Shown: positions 40,905 to 52,084 of the stretch, one piece after another
Layout: each line of letters begins with the position of its first letter
How positions within the stretch are numbered: position 1 is the first letter of the stretch
Assembly (NCBI GenBank): GCA_963751455.1
Contig: CAVVUN010000015.1
Span: forward strand, 1,659,172-1,723,171
DNA from: Nitrospirota bacterium
Lineage (GTDB): Bacteria; Nitrospirota; UBA9217
Reading direction: 5' to 3'
Length of the DNA stretch: 64,000 bases
Notes under the pieces: model-generated
What the model was told of the DNA's origin: nothing
The model's database searches: none
The model's input: the letters and a program-made list of their open reading frames with translations, nothing else
Position numbers and translations under genes: made by a program

Positions 40905-43736
40905 ATGATTTTTGACTTTTTACGAAACCATCAATTATCGCCTCGCAATATATTGGCTGGAGTCTTTGCACTCTCGGCATTGCCCATTCTGGTTGTCATA
41001 TCGTTCCCCGACCGGTTTAACTTCGTAATGATCCCCTCCTCGTATGTCGTTTTTCATAATATCGCCGAGTTTTTCAGCATAATGGTCTCGCTGTCCATAT
41101 TCGGCATAGGCTGGTACACCTATGATCAGACGAAGGACCAGCACTCGTTTTTCCTAAGCACGGGTTTCCTCGCCATCGGCCTTATGGATTTCATGCACAC
41201 CCTGGGCAATGCGGCCATGCCTGCTTTCGTAACGCTCAATTCCTCCAACAAGTCGACCCAATACTGGATTGCCGCCAGGCTGTTCCAGGCATCCGTGTTC
41301 CTGGTCAGCGCTTCCATTTATTCCGGGCAACAACGCCAATGGTTGTCGAAACGGACCTTGATGTCCGCGGCCCTTCTTGTGCCGGGACTGGTCTTCGCCG
41401 GCATCACGTTCTTTCCTTCCTCATTGCCTGATACGTTCATTCAAGGTGTCGGACTCACTCCCTTTAAGAAATTTTCCGAATACCTGGTCGTCGGCCTTCT
41501 CTGTCTGTCCTTGGGCGCATATTGGCAACGGATGGCGAGGTCGGGAAGCAGGGTGTTCCTCTATTATCTTTCAGCCCTCATCATCAGCATCTTCAGCGAG
41601 CTCTGTTTTGCCGTCTACACCAGGTCATTCGACTCCTACAATGTGTTGGGACATATCTATAAAGTCGCGGCTTTTTTCTTCATCTACAAGGGCATATTCG
41701 TTGTATCGGTGAAAGACCCATATATCAAACTTGCGGAGGGAGAACATGCTAGACATCTTGCCTCATTCCTGGAATTGAATCCGAATCCCGTTCTGGAGCT
41801 CGCCTCTTCCGGCAAGATTACCTTCTGCAACCCCGCCACGGAAAAGACGCTGGTGAACCTCGGTATCGGTAATAACGATCCTCGCAATTTTCTGCCCGAT
41901 GATGTTGACGGGATCTTGCAAGACTTGGAGAAAAAAAAGGAATCCACTTTATATCGTGAGCTTACTCTCAAAGACAGGGTCTTTGCCGAAACAATCTATC
42001 TGACTCCTCAGTTCAACGTCGCGCGGATATATGTACACGATATCACCGAACGCAAGCAAGCGGAGGAGGCGTTACGGGAGCGCGAAGCATTTGTTTCCGC
42101 CGTCAACAACACCGCACAGACGATGATCTCGGTATATGACCTGGCAAGCGGTCGCTGTGTATATATCAATCAGCATATCGAGCAAGTCTTAGGCTACACT
42201 CCGGCGGAGATGTGCGGTATGACCGGTGAAGATATTTTTGCCCTGCAGCACCCCGACGAAATTGAAGCACTGCGCGGATTCATCGATAGATGCCGCACAG
42301 CCAAAGATGGGGAATCCATAACCCACGAGTATCGTGCTCGTCACCGCAACGGCGAATACCGTTGGCTGCATGCGAGCACCGCCGTGTTCGCGCGCGACAG
42401 TGAAGGCAACGTCATGCATATTATGGCTGTCGTTGTGGACATTGGCGAGCGCAAGCGAGCCGAGAAGGCCCTGCGAAAAGTCCACGACGAGCTGGAACTG
42501 CGCGTTCAGGAGCGCACGAACAAGCTTAACGAAGCCGCAAAGTTCATTAAGACGGAAAGGCAACGGTTCTTTGACGTTCTCGAAATGCTTCCGGTGTACG
42601 TTGTGCTGCTGGCGCCGGATTACCACGTTCCCTTTGCCAACCGGTTTTTCCGGGAGCGCTTCGGCGAGTCCGGCGGCAGGCGCTGTTACGAGTATTTGTT
42701 CAACCGCATTGAGCCGTGTGAGCTTTGCGAAACTTACAGCGTTCTCAGGACCAACGGACCCCATCATTGGGAATGGACCGGACCGGACGGCCGCAGTTAC
42801 GATATCTTCGATTTTCCCTTCACTGACACGGACGGCTCTCCGCTCATCATGGAGGTCGGCATCGACATCACCGAGCGCACGCAGGCGGAAAAAGCGCTCC
42901 AGGAAATCAATCAAACACTGGAGCAACGCGTTGCCGAGCGCACCGCCGAACTACAGGCCGCCAACGCCTCCCTGCACGACTCCGGCAGGGCAGCGCTTAA
43001 TCTTATGGAAGACTCCGTCGCTGCTCACCGTAAGGCTGAGGAAGCGAACGTCGAGCTTCGGCATGAAGTCACCGAGCGCAAGCGGGCCGAGGAGGCGCTG
43101 AAAGCGCTATTACGCGAGAAGGATGTGCTGCTGAAAGAAATCCATCATCGGGTCAAGAACAACCTTCAGGTCATATCGAGTTTGATCAGCCTGCAGGCTG
43201 ACGGCCAAGCCGACCCGGCGCTGCGGGCGTTGCTTGGCGACATGCGCGAGCGGGTGCGCACGATGGCGTTGGTGCACGAGAAACTCTACCAGACGACCGA
43301 CTTGGCCGGGGTGGACTTTGCCGAGTACGCGCGCAGCCTGGTGAACCAAATCTGGCGCGCCCACGGCCCCGTGGCGGCGTCAGTGCAGTTGAAACTCGAT
43401 CTGGAACCGGTGACGCTGTCCGTGGCGAAGGCGGTGCCCTGCGGCCTGATCCTGAATGAACTGGTCACTAACGCGCTCAAACACGCCTTCCCCGGCTGCG
43501 CGGCCGGCGAAGTCACTGTCGCGTTGCGCAACGACTCGATGGAGCGCGTGATCCTGCGGGTGCGCGACAACGGGGCCGGGTTGCCGCCCGGCGCGGACTG
43601 GCGTCAGGGCCGGTCGCTGGGTCTGTATCTGGTCAAAATGTTGGCTGCGCAGCTGAACGGCCACATAGAAGCGCGTTCAGCTCCAAATACAGGAACAGAG
43701 TTTGAACTGGCGTTTGCGAGTGAGGACCTGAAATGA
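40905..43736 (+). CDS. MASE3-PAS sensor kinase (HisKA_2 type); true start uncertain
   Basis: [17 protein letters not shown]; [12 protein letters not shown]; [11 protein letters not shown]; SLGL. Confidence 0.85.
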   Translation: MIFDFLRNHQLSPRNILAGVFALSALPILVVISFPDRFNFVMIPSSYVVFHNIAEFFSIMVSLSIFGIGWYTYDQTKDQHSFFLSTGFLAIGLMDFMHTLGNAAMPAFVTLNSSNKSTQYWIAARLFQASVFLVSASIYSGQQRQWLSKRTLMSAALLVPGLVFAGITFFPSSLPDTFIQGVGLTPFKKFSEYLVVGLLCLSLGAYWQRMARSGSRVFLYYLSALIISIFSELCFAVYTRSFDSYNVLGHIYKVAAFFFIYKGIFVVSVKDPYIKLAEGEHARHLASFLELNPNPVLELASSGKITFCNPATEKTLVNLGIGNNDPRNFLPDDVDGILQDLEKKKESTLYRELTLKDRVFAETIYLTPQFNVARIYVHDITERKQAEEALREREAFVSAVNNTAQTMISVYDLASGRCVYINQHIEQVLGYTPAEMCGMTGEDIFALQHPDEIEALRGFIDRCRTAKDGESITHEYRARHRNGEYRWLHASTAVFARDSEGNVMHIMAVVVDIGERKRAEKALRKVHDELELRVQERTNKLNEAAKFIKTERQRFFDVLEMLPVYVVLLAPDYHVPFANRFFRERFGESGGRRCYEYLFNRIEPCELCETYSVLRTNGPHHWEWTGPDGRSYDIFDFPFTDTDGSPLIMEVGIDITERTQAEKALQEINQTLEQRVAERTAELQAANASLHDSGRAALNLMEDSVAAHRKAEEANVELRHEVTERKRAEEALKALLREKDVLLKEIHHRVKNNLQVISSLISLQADGQADPALRALLGDMRERVRTMALVHEKLYQTTDLAGVDFAEYARSLVNQIWRAHGPVAASVQLKLDLEPVTLSVAKAVPCGLILNELVTNALKHAFPGCAAGEVTVALRNDSMERVILRVRDNGAGLPPGADWRQGRSLGLYLVKMLAAQLNGHIEARSAPNTGTEFELAFASEDLK

Positions 43737-43802
43737 AACATGGCTCTTGGCAAGATAGCGTGGGGAAGAAACATACGAAAACGATAAGGGGAAAGGGAGA
43801 AT

Positions 43803-44165
43803 ATGGAGAAATGGAGAAAAGAGGATTTAACTGAAAGAATTATAAACGCGTGTATCGAGGTGCATAAGGAATTAGGTCCCGGTTTTTTAGAAAGCATTTA
43901 TCATAATGCCCTAAAGATCGAATTAGAGAATCAGAAACTGACGTTCGAATCAGAGAAGGAAGTTAAATATAGAAGCCGTGAAGTCGGAATTCATGAAATC
44001 GATCTTTTTGTCGAAGGCGAAGTCATTGTTGAACTGAAAACTGTAGACGAGTTGAATAAGAAATACTATGCTCAAGTGCGGTCATATTTAAAAGCTATGC
44101 ATAAAGAAGTCGGGCTATTAGTCAATTTTGCGGCTTTCCCCCTTGACGTGAGAAGAGTGGAATGA
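43803..44165 (+). CDS. GxxExxY protein (PD-(D/E)XK-like)
   Basis: LGPGFLESIY, IDLFVEGEVIVELK, QVRSYLK and GLLVNF. Confidence 0.9.
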   Translation: MEKWRKEDLTERIINACIEVHKELGPGFLESIYHNALKIELENQKLTFESEKEVKYRSREVGIHEIDLFVEGEVIVELKTVDELNKKYYAQVRSYLKAMHKEVGLLVNFAAFPLDVRRVE

Positions 44166-44311
44166 GCGAGAAAAATAGAAAAGGGAAAGAGGATTTAATT
44201 CTCCATTTCTCCAAATTCCCCCTTTCCCCTGAAGGTTTTTAGCTTCATCGGTTTGAGGCCTTGGTTAGTTAAAATTTTTAAAAAACCGTGTACGGTGAAA
44301 GGCATTTTCAA

Positions 44312-47300
44312 ATGAAACCGAAAATTCTGATCGTGGAAGACGAGGCAATCATCGCGGCTGACATCGCGGGTAAACTCGGCAGGCTCGGCTACGAGATTGC
44401 CGGCACTGCCATGCGCGGACCCGAAGCGGTCGCGTTGGCCCATGAACACCGGCCCGACGTCGTGTTAATGGATATCCACTTGATCGGGCCGATGGACGGC
44501 ATCGAAGTGGCCGAACGAATCCGGGAATGCGACCTGCCCGTGATCTATCTGACGGCGCACTCCGATGTGGCCACGCTGGAACGCGCCAAGCTGAGCGGGC
44601 CGTTCGGGTACATCCTCAAGCCGTTCGACGAACGCGACCTGCAAACCCAGATCGAGATGGCCTGTCTCCGCCACCAAACCGAGCAGGCGCTGCGGGATAG
44701 CGAGGAACAACTTCGCCTGACCAACACGGAACTCGCCCGGCATGTGGACGAACTCCGGGTGGCCAATTCAGAAATTCGCACTGCACGCCGGGCCGCACTC
44801 AACCTGATGGAAGATGCCCTCATTGCCCGCCGGCAGGCTGAGGAAACGAGCGTCGAACTGCGGCGCGAAGTCACCGAGCGCAAGAAGGCGGAGGCGGCGC
44901 GCGAGCGACTGCTGGTCGAGGTACAGCGCCAGGCCGCGGAACTTAGCGTTCATCAACTTGAGTTGCAGACGCAGAATGAAGAACTGCGGACCGCACAGGT
45001 GGAGCTGGAAACATCACGCAGGAAATTTGCAGATTTATATCATTTTGCGCCTCTCGGCTATTTTACCCTCGACAGTAACGGTCTTATACTGGAAGTAAAT
45101 CTTGCCGGAGCGAATCTTCTTGGGATGGATAAACAGACCCTTCTCCAGAAGCCATTTTCCTTGTTCATAAGCGATCCTCATGATCGAGACGTTTTGACCA
45201 GACATCGAAAAACGACTTTTACAACACGAAACAGAGAGGAGTGCGACCTCAGATTAAAGCGAGAAGACGGCAGTGTTTTTTATGCCCATTTGCAAAGCAT
45301 TGCTGTTGAAAACGATGACGGTAAAGCCGGTTGTATCCGAACAGCCGTTATGGATATCAGCGAACGCAAGCATGCCGAAGAGACGCGCTCCCGTCTTTCC
45401 GCGATAGTAGAGTCTTCAGAAGACGCGATTTCCAGCACGGACATGGAAGGGATTCTCAAGACATGGAACAAAGGCGCCGAAAAAATATACGGGCACCGCG
45501 AAGGCGAGATAATCGGAAAACATGTGTCAATCCTTTTCCCGGAACAACGCGCCCATGAAGCCCCGATGATCTTTGAAAAAATGGGGCGCGGAGAAAGTAT
45601 CGAGCGCTTGGAGACTGAGCGGCTGAGAAAAGACGGAACATCTGTCCCTGTCTCCATCACGCTCTCTCCTGTCAAGGACTCAACCGGGAAGGTTGTAGCG
45701 GTCTCCGCAATAACCCGAGATATCACGGTTCAAAAGCGGGCAGAGGCGAAGCTGCACAAGGAACACCGTGAAATTGCAATGGCGAACAGGATTCTGGAGG
45801 TGTTTGTCAAAGAAACAGGAGGTGATCTGTATGACAAGGCACTGGACATAGTGCTTGAGGGGATGAAAAGCAGGCATGGGGTATTCGGCTATATTGATGA
45901 ACAGGGCGTTCTGGTCTGCCCCACGCTGTCCAGGATGTTCGACCAGTGCGAGATGGAGGGCAAGTGTATCTATTATACCCGCGACAAATGGAAGGGACTC
46001 TGGAGCCGCGCGCTTTTGGAAAAGAAGACCCTCTATTCGAACAAGCCGGCCCGCGTTCCGGACGGCCATGTGCCGATCCGGAACAATATGGCGACGCCGA
46101 TATTGTTTCATGGCGATGTTATCGGGTTGATCAACCTGGCAAACAAGGAAACCGACTTTACCGGGGAAGATCAGGAATGTCTTGAAACAATCTCAAACAC
46201 AATCGCTCCGGTCCTGTTTGCCTGGATTCAAAAAGAGCTGCGGGAGAAGGACCGAAAGCAGGCGGAGGAAAAGCTTGTCAGGCTGAATGGAGAACTGGAA
46301 AAGCGTGTGAAGGAGCGTACGGCCGAGCTGGCCGTTACTATTGATACGCTGCAAAATGAGGTAGCCGATCGGAGGAAGGCCGAGGATGCGCTGCGCGAGA
46401 GTCAAAAAAGTCTGAAAAAGGCCCAGGAGATAGCTCATATCGGCAGCTGGCATTATGACCTCAGGACAAGAAAGATGACCTGGTCCGATGAGTTGTACGG
46501 GATCTTTGGACTCGATCCGGCCGTGTTTGATGGAGATCTCAATGCTGTTATTAGAAAGGCAATACACAGCGAAGAGCGGTATAAAATTCGAAGAGGAATC
46601 AGGCAAATTCTGTCCAATTCAAAAGCAGAGCCTATGGAATATAATATCCTGCTGCCTGAAGGCGGAGTACGAACGGTATGGGCCGAAGGAGAGGCCGTTT
46701 TCGAAGGGCCGGGCAACGCCGTAGGCATGATCGGTACTGTCCAGGACATTACCGAACGCAAACGCGCGGAAGAGCAAATCGTCCGCCTTGCCGCGGCTGT
46801 GGAATCAGCGGCAGACGGCATCGTCATAACCGAAAACGGAGCTATCCGCTACATTAATTCCGCATTCGAGAAGATGACCGGTTATACCAGGGACGAAGTC
46901 ATGGACCGCGACCTTCATCTGTTTGACAGCGGACACCACGGCGAGTCTTTCTTTCAACGTTTGCGCGAGACGCTTAAAAAAGACGGGGTCTGGACGGGCC
47001 GTCTTACCAATAAAAAGAAAGACGGCACGCTGTATGAGGAAGAGTGCACGTACGCGCCTATCAGGGGCCGGTCCGGCGAAATCCTGAACTACATTGCGAT
47101 CAAGCGCGATGTTACCGAAAAAGTCCGGCTGGAGTCCATAGCCCAGGCCGTGGATACGATGAATAATATCGGTTACATATTCTCGGGCGTCAGGCATGAA
47201 ATCGGCAACCCTGTCACTACGATCGCGATATCGCTCAACCTTCTCATGAAAAAAATGGAAGCATTGGACCGGCCGACAATGGAAAAGCACATCAAACGCT

Positions 47301-47821
47301 GCATCGAGGAAATCGACAAGGTGGATTATCTGCTTCGGTGCCTCAAAAACTTTAATATGTTCGAGCAGCTCGAACCCCGGGACATTGTACTCAGTGAATT
47401 CATGAACAAGTTGATGGCTTTGGTAAAAGAGGATTTTGCAAAAAAAGGAATCTCGATACTCGCCGTCGTTGAACCGGAGGACGCCAATGCGCATGCCGAC
47501 CCCCGTGCGCTCCAGCAGGTGCTTCTGAATCTGTTTACGAATGCAGCGGATGCGCTCGTTGTACGGGTAGATCCGAAGATCACGGTCACTGTAAAAAAAG
47601 CAAAAATGATCAGGATCCGGGTGGAAGATAATGGCTGCGGTATTCCGGCAAACACGCTGCAAAACGTATTCAAGCCGTTTTACACGACGAAGGCGCATGG
47701 CACCGGGTTAGGCCTCATGATCGTCAGGAAGATGATCGTCAGGATGAACGGGGCACTGGAAATAACGAGCATTGAGAATGAAGGAACCGTTGTTGATATA
47801 TCGATACCCTGTGGCAGTTGA
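44312..47821 (+). CDS. Hybrid receiver-PAS-GAF histidine kinase
   Basis: VEDE...LMDI receiver; several PAS domains; RHEIGNP; PFYTTKAHGTGLGL. Confidence 0.9.
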   Translation: MKPKILIVEDEAIIAADIAGKLGRLGYEIAGTAMRGPEAVALAHEHRPDVVLMDIHLIGPMDGIEVAERIRECDLPVIYLTAHSDVATLERAKLSGPFGYILKPFDERDLQTQIEMACLRHQTEQALRDSEEQLRLTNTELARHVDELRVANSEIRTARRAALNLMEDALIARRQAEETSVELRREVTERKKAEAARERLLVEVQRQAAELSVHQLELQTQNEELRTAQVELETSRRKFADLYHFAPLGYFTLDSNGLILEVNLAGANLLGMDKQTLLQKPFSLFISDPHDRDVLTRHRKTTFTTRNREECDLRLKREDGSVFYAHLQSIAVENDDGKAGCIRTAVMDISERKHAEETRSRLSAIVESSEDAISSTDMEGILKTWNKGAEKIYGHREGEIIGKHVSILFPEQRAHEAPMIFEKMGRGESIERLETERLRKDGTSVPVSITLSPVKDSTGKVVAVSAITRDITVQKRAEAKLHKEHREIAMANRILEVFVKETGGDLYDKALDIVLEGMKSRHGVFGYIDEQGVLVCPTLSRMFDQCEMEGKCIYYTRDKWKGLWSRALLEKKTLYSNKPARVPDGHVPIRNNMATPILFHGDVIGLINLANKETDFTGEDQECLETISNTIAPVLFAWIQKELREKDRKQAEEKLVRLNGELEKRVKERTAELAVTIDTLQNEVADRRKAEDALRESQKSLKKAQEIAHIGSWHYDLRTRKMTWSDELYGIFGLDPAVFDGDLNAVIRKAIHSEERYKIRRGIRQILSNSKAEPMEYNILLPEGGVRTVWAEGEAVFEGPGNAVGMIGTVQDITERKRAEEQIVRLAAAVESAADGIVITENGAIRYINSAFEKMTGYTRDEVMDRDLHLFDSGHHGESFFQRLRETLKKDGVWTGRLTNKKKDGTLYEEECTYAPIRGRSGEILNYIAIKRDVTEKVRLESIAQAVDTMNNIGYIFSGVRHEIGNPVTTIAISLNLLMKKMEALDRPTMEKHIKRCIEEIDKVDYLLRCLKNFNMFEQLEPRDIVLSEFMNKLMALVKEDFAKKGISILAVVEPEDANAHADPRALQQVLLNLFTNAADALVVRVDPKITVTVKKAKMIRIRVEDNGCGIPANTLQNVFKPFYTTKAHGTGLGLMIVRKMIVRMNGALEITSIENEGTVVDISIPCGS

Positions 47822-48002
47822 TGGCAGCTGAGGACACCAAAACCCGCGGTTATGTGCATATTGTTTCAAAATGAACCCAAATCGGCACCCTTCCTACTTC
47901 AATATTACTTTCTCTTCTCTCTAATCCCCAAGTGTTACAAACATCTTGACATATATTATTGCATTATGCTAATTTACAAAGCATTTGCCAGGAGGAAAAG
48001 CT

Positions 48003-49511
48003 TTGGAAAATCAAAAAGGTTTGGTTGAAATAATAGCCGAGAAGACCTGGAGTTTTCTGTCCTCGGTCAAACTCGCCGTCGTGCTGCTCATCATTCTTGC
48101 TATCGTCTCGGTGATCGGGACGATCATTCAGCAGAACCAATCCCCGCAGCAATACTTGCAGGAATACAGCCAGTCCACCGTGAACCTCTTTGAGACACTC
48201 GGACTCTTTGATATGTATCATACCTGGTGGTACGTCCTGCTTCTTTTTCTGCTCACGGCGAATCTGACTGTATGCACTCTTGACCGTTTTCCTCATACCT
48301 GGAAGATAGTCACGGCGCCCCTCAAGCCGATTGAAGAAGACTCCTTGAAGGCCGTACCGTTTAAAAAGGAGATAGCGGTGACGGGCGGCGCAAACAAAGC
48401 CGAAGAGCGTGCTGCAAAAACGCTTGCCGCGCACCGGTACCGGTTCATAGAGTCCCGCGACGCGGGAAGCACGCAGTTTATCGGTCAAAAAGGTCTTTAC
48501 AGCCGTTTTGGCGTCTATATTACGCACTCAAGCATCCTGTTGATTTTCATCGGTGCGCTGACCGGCGCTTTCTTCGGGTTCAAGGCCTTCCTGAACCTGC
48601 CCGAGGGCTCGTCATCGAATGTGGTGTATCTGAGGAACGAGCCGATGTGGGACAAGATCATGGCGTCCCTCGGCATCGCGGAAAGTCCGGTTGTGGAAAG
48701 CGGTCAGAACGGGATGCCGGCCATGCCGCTCGGCTATTACGTACGATGCGACAGCTTCGACGTTGATTATTATGTGAATGCAGCCGGCATGCCCACCGGC
48801 ATGCCGTCCGAATATCACAGCACACTGAGTGTCTTCGACAAGGACGGGCAGAAGATATTCGATAAACGCATTCGTGTGAACGACCCTCTCAGCTATCATG
48901 GCGTGACCTTCTATCAGTCCAGCTACGGCGCGGTGCCGAACGGGAAGGGAAAGATAGTTCTGAATGTCGCGCCCAAGAATAATCTGCGATCTGAAGGCGA
49001 GACGATCGTTCTCGATCCCGGCCAATCGCTCTATGTTCCCTCTATTGACCGAACAATCAAGGCCATGAGCTTTTCTCCCTATGGAGTAAAAAATCCTTCC
49101 ACAGGCGAAGTTATGTTTTACCGCACCGAAAACAATGAGTTCATCAACCCAACCGCGGAACTCGAAGTATATAAGGGAACGAAGCCGGTTTATAAAACGT
49201 ATGTCATGAAGACGGAACCCGGTGAACCGTACATGCCGGAGAATTATATGATACGGTTCGTGCAATACTGGGGCGCCCGGTATACCGGCCTCCAGGTCAC
49301 GAAAGACCCGGGTGTCCTGATTGTATATGCCGGTTTTGTTCTTCTCTGCATCGGTCCGGTCATTGCCTTTTTCGGCTCGCACAGAAAGGTCTGGGTGCGC
49401 ATCCAGGACCAGAAGGGCAGGACCGTGATAATGGTGGCAGGATCAGCCAACCGGAACCGGATTGCGTTTGAGCGCGAGTTTAACGCGATCGCCGAGGAGA
49501 TGGGGAAGTAA
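48003..49511 (+). CDS. resB: Cytochrome c biogenesis protein ResB/Ccs1
   Basis: FLSSVKLAV, IGTIIQQ, THSSILLI, VNDPL..FYQSSY and LQVTKDPG. Confidence 0.92.
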   Translation: MENQKGLVEIIAEKTWSFLSSVKLAVVLLIILAIVSVIGTIIQQNQSPQQYLQEYSQSTVNLFETLGLFDMYHTWWYVLLLFLLTANLTVCTLDRFPHTWKIVTAPLKPIEEDSLKAVPFKKEIAVTGGANKAEERAAKTLAAHRYRFIESRDAGSTQFIGQKGLYSRFGVYITHSSILLIFIGALTGAFFGFKAFLNLPEGSSSNVVYLRNEPMWDKIMASLGIAESPVVESGQNGMPAMPLGYYVRCDSFDVDYYVNAAGMPTGMPSEYHSTLSVFDKDGQKIFDKRIRVNDPLSYHGVTFYQSSYGAVPNGKGKIVLNVAPKNNLRSEGETIVLDPGQSLYVPSIDRTIKAMSFSPYGVKNPSTGEVMFYRTENNEFINPTAELEVYKGTKPVYKTYVMKTEPGEPYMPENYMIRFVQYWGARYTGLQVTKDPGVLIVYAGFVLLCIGPVIAFFGSHRKVWVRIQDQKGRTVIMVAGSANRNRIAFEREFNAIAEEMGK

Positions 49512-49669
49512 AGATGCCACGTCTCACGGTTACGAAGCCCGTATCGTGAAACGTCTTTCGGCAACGGTAAAAGACGAACAACGTAACCGCTTGACGAAAC
49601 CGGCATCGTCGCCGTTACCGACAGACGATAATCGAATTTAGAAATTAGATTCACTGGGGGGGAAGATTG

Positions 49670-50905
49670 ATGGACAGTTCCTTGCTTTTTACTATTGCAA
49701 CGTTGGCGTACCTCGCGGCCATGGTACTCTATATCGCGTACCTGGCTTTCAAAAAAGACGGGATCGGAAAAACGGCCTCGATCATCACGTACGCAGGTTT
49801 CGCGTTTCAGACCGTGGCCCTGCTTATACGATGGTGGGAGTCCTACCAGATGGACATCGGGAGGGTCCCGCTATCCAATCTCTACGAATCTCTCGTGTTC
49901 TTTTCCTGGAGCACTGTCCTGATTTACCTTCTCATCGAGATCAAATACAAGACGAGGGCATTCGGCGCCTTTATTATGCCCGTTGCATTCCTCGCGTTGG
50001 CCTTTATCAATGTTGCGGGAATCAGCTCCGACATTACTCCCCTGGTGCCGGCCCTCAAGAGCAACTGGCTCTTCTACCACGTGCTGATCAGTTTCCTGGG
50101 GTATGCGGCGTTCGGCATCGCCTTTGCCATCAGCATGATTTACCTCCTCATGGACACTGAGGAGCGGGGTTCGAGCGCAAACATGCTATACGGGGTAGCG
50201 GCCCTGATTGCGCTGGCCCTGGCCGGCTATATCATGGCTGCCAACGGGCTGAAGACCGCTTTCTGGCTGGGGCTCGGCGCCCTGGTCCTTGCCTGGTTCA
50301 TCTTCCTGATAGTAGCGGGCGCCAAACACAAATCTCAAGTGTATCTCTTCTGGTCCTTCTGCGCGACGCTTGCGGTAGGCATGCTGATCGCCATGGGCAT
50401 TGATTTCCTGTACCTGGTCACCTTTAGACATCTTGAGACGGGCGAATCATTCAAAAAACACATGTTCGAGGCCACTTTCCTGAACTCTTCCCTGTTCGTC
50501 GTTCTTATCAGCTGGGCAGCCATCATTGCCCTCTTCGTTCTCATCTGGCAACAGGGCATGCGGCTTAAGGCGTTCCTGAAGCTGTACATGCCGGTGCTGA
50601 ACCAGCTTGACGATGTTACGTACCGCATGATCGCGATCGGCTGGCCGCTCCTGACCGGCGGCATCATAACGGGCGCGGTCTGGGCGAACAGCGCATGGGG
50701 TACCTATTGGGGTTGGGACCCGAAGGAGACCTGGTCGCTTATTACCTGGTTCGTATATGCGATTTACCTCCATGCCCGATACGTCAGGGGATGGAAAGGG
50801 AGCCAGATGGCGGTTATCTCAGCTGTCGGCTTCCTTGCCGTGATCTTCACGTATCTGGGCGTCAACCTGGTTCTTTCTGGGCTTCATTCCTATGGAGGCA
50901 TGTAA
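49670..50905 (+). CDS. ccsA: Cytochrome c biogenesis protein ResC/CcsA (system II)
   Basis: PLSNLYES, PALKSNWL..H, WANSAWGTYWGWDPKETW and GLHSY. Confidence 0.92.
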   Translation: MDSSLLFTIATLAYLAAMVLYIAYLAFKKDGIGKTASIITYAGFAFQTVALLIRWWESYQMDIGRVPLSNLYESLVFFSWSTVLIYLLIEIKYKTRAFGAFIMPVAFLALAFINVAGISSDITPLVPALKSNWLFYHVLISFLGYAAFGIAFAISMIYLLMDTEERGSSANMLYGVAALIALALAGYIMAANGLKTAFWLGLGALVLAWFIFLIVAGAKHKSQVYLFWSFCATLAVGMLIAMGIDFLYLVTFRHLETGESFKKHMFEATFLNSSLFVVLISWAAIIALFVLIWQQGMRLKAFLKLYMPVLNQLDDVTYRMIAIGWPLLTGGIITGAVWANSAWGTYWGWDPKETWSLITWFVYAIYLHARYVRGWKGSQMAVISAVGFLAVIFTYLGVNLVLSGLHSYGGM

Positions 50906-50945
50906 TTAACAGTTCTTAGACTTGTCCACTCGAACGCCGGCTGAT

Positions 50946-51109
50946 CCTAAAAACGGCATTTGAACACGGATGAACACGGAAACAGCGGATCAAAACAATG
51001 TGATAGAGCAAAAAGCCATCTCGCCTTTTGGGTGAATCCATTACTGTTCGTAACTTCCTATAAATCCGTGTTGATCAGATTTTATCCGTGTCCAACTGCT
51101 TTTTTCAGG
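50946..51109. mobile_element. 164-bp MITE, copy 2, 5-bp target duplication CTGAT
   Basis: Identical by eye to 8958-9121. Confidence 0.9.
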
Positions 51110-51184
51110 CTGATCCAGATTAGCCGGCGTTTTCATTTATTTTAGCCACAAAAAAGCGCAAAAAGCACAAACGGAAAGCATTAA

Positions 51185-51358
51185 ACCAAAACGGCAGTTG
51201 GACGCAGATGAACGCAGATAACCGCAGATCAAACAAAATAATTTTTAGAGAAAAAAATTCACCCGCACGGTGACTGCTTTTACGATACAAGAACGTTTTT
51301 TTATCCGACCTTATCTGCGTTTATCCGATTTTTCTGCGTCCCAAATGCTTTTTTTAGG
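51185..51358. mobile_element. Related MITE with CGCAGAT nonamer core, flanked by ATTAA
   Basis: ACCAAAACGGCAGTTGGACGCAGATG...TGCTTTTTTTAGG with ATTAA on both sides. Confidence 0.6.
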
Positions 51359-51387
51359 ATTAATGATTTCCCAGCCTGCGGTTCGCT

Positions 51388-51416
51388 TTGACAGTCATCC
51401 TTAATTTCCGTATAAT
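51388..51416 (+). promoter_or_regulatory. Consensus sigma70 promoter
   Basis: TTGACA-17 bp-TATAAT upstream of GGAGGAG RBS. Confidence 0.8.
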
Positions 51417-51487
51417 AATCACGAAACCACAAGCATGCATGAAAGCTGTTCAGGTCACTCAGCATATCTGCCAGGGAGGAGAAAGAC

Positions 51488-52069
51488 ATGAAACTGAAAC
51501 CTTTGCAAGATTGGGCCGTCATCGTGCCGGCCGTAACAGAGAGAACGGCGGGCGGACTTTACATCCCGGATACCGCAAAAGAAAAGCCGGAGGAGGGTGT
51601 GGTGGAAGCCATAGGGCCGGGCGCCTACGAAGAAGAAAAGCGGGACAAGAAAAAGGAAGAGAAAAAGGAGCGCAAATTCATTCCCTCCACGGTCAAACCC
51701 GGAGACCGGGTGCTTTTTGAACGCTGGTCGTCTCAAGCGTATACGATTGACAACCAGGAGAAAATTCTCGTGCGAGAACGGAATATCCTGGGTCTTCTCG
51801 ATAGACCGCCCGAGATTCCCGCGGCTACCTCGGCCTCATCGCCGACCGCTATCGCTCCACGGCCGGTGCCGCCGCCGCTCATGAAAAAACAGGACGCGAC
51901 AGTAAAAACCCGTGTTGAAAAAAAGGAAGCGAAGCCGGCCGAAAAACCCGCTGCGAAGAAGAAAGCGGCAAAAAAGACGGCGAAGAAGACGGTAAAGAAA
52001 GCGGCAGCGAAACCGAAAAAGGCTTCAGTGAAATCAGGGAAGACCAAAAAGACCGGGAAAAAGAAATAG
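51488..52069 (+). CDS. GroES-like co-chaperonin with Lys/Ala-rich tail
   Basis: LKPLQD, TAGGLYIPDTAKEKP, VKPGDRVLF; tail AAKKKAAKKTAKK. Confidence 0.85.
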   Translation: MKLKPLQDWAVIVPAVTERTAGGLYIPDTAKEKPEEGVVEAIGPGAYEEEKRDKKKEEKKERKFIPSTVKPGDRVLFERWSSQAYTIDNQEKILVRERNILGLLDRPPEIPAATSASSPTAIAPRPVPPPLMKKQDATVKTRVEKKEAKPAEKPAAKKKAAKKTAKKTVKKAAAKPKKASVKSGKTKKTGKKK

Positions 52070-52084
52070 TATCAGGGGTGAATT

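Noticed and set aside
40746-40935. N-terminal extension of the MASE3 kinase
   Set aside because: Chance open frame through stacked repeats (RAYT mini, REP half, IS-like end GACTTTTTACGAAACCATCA).
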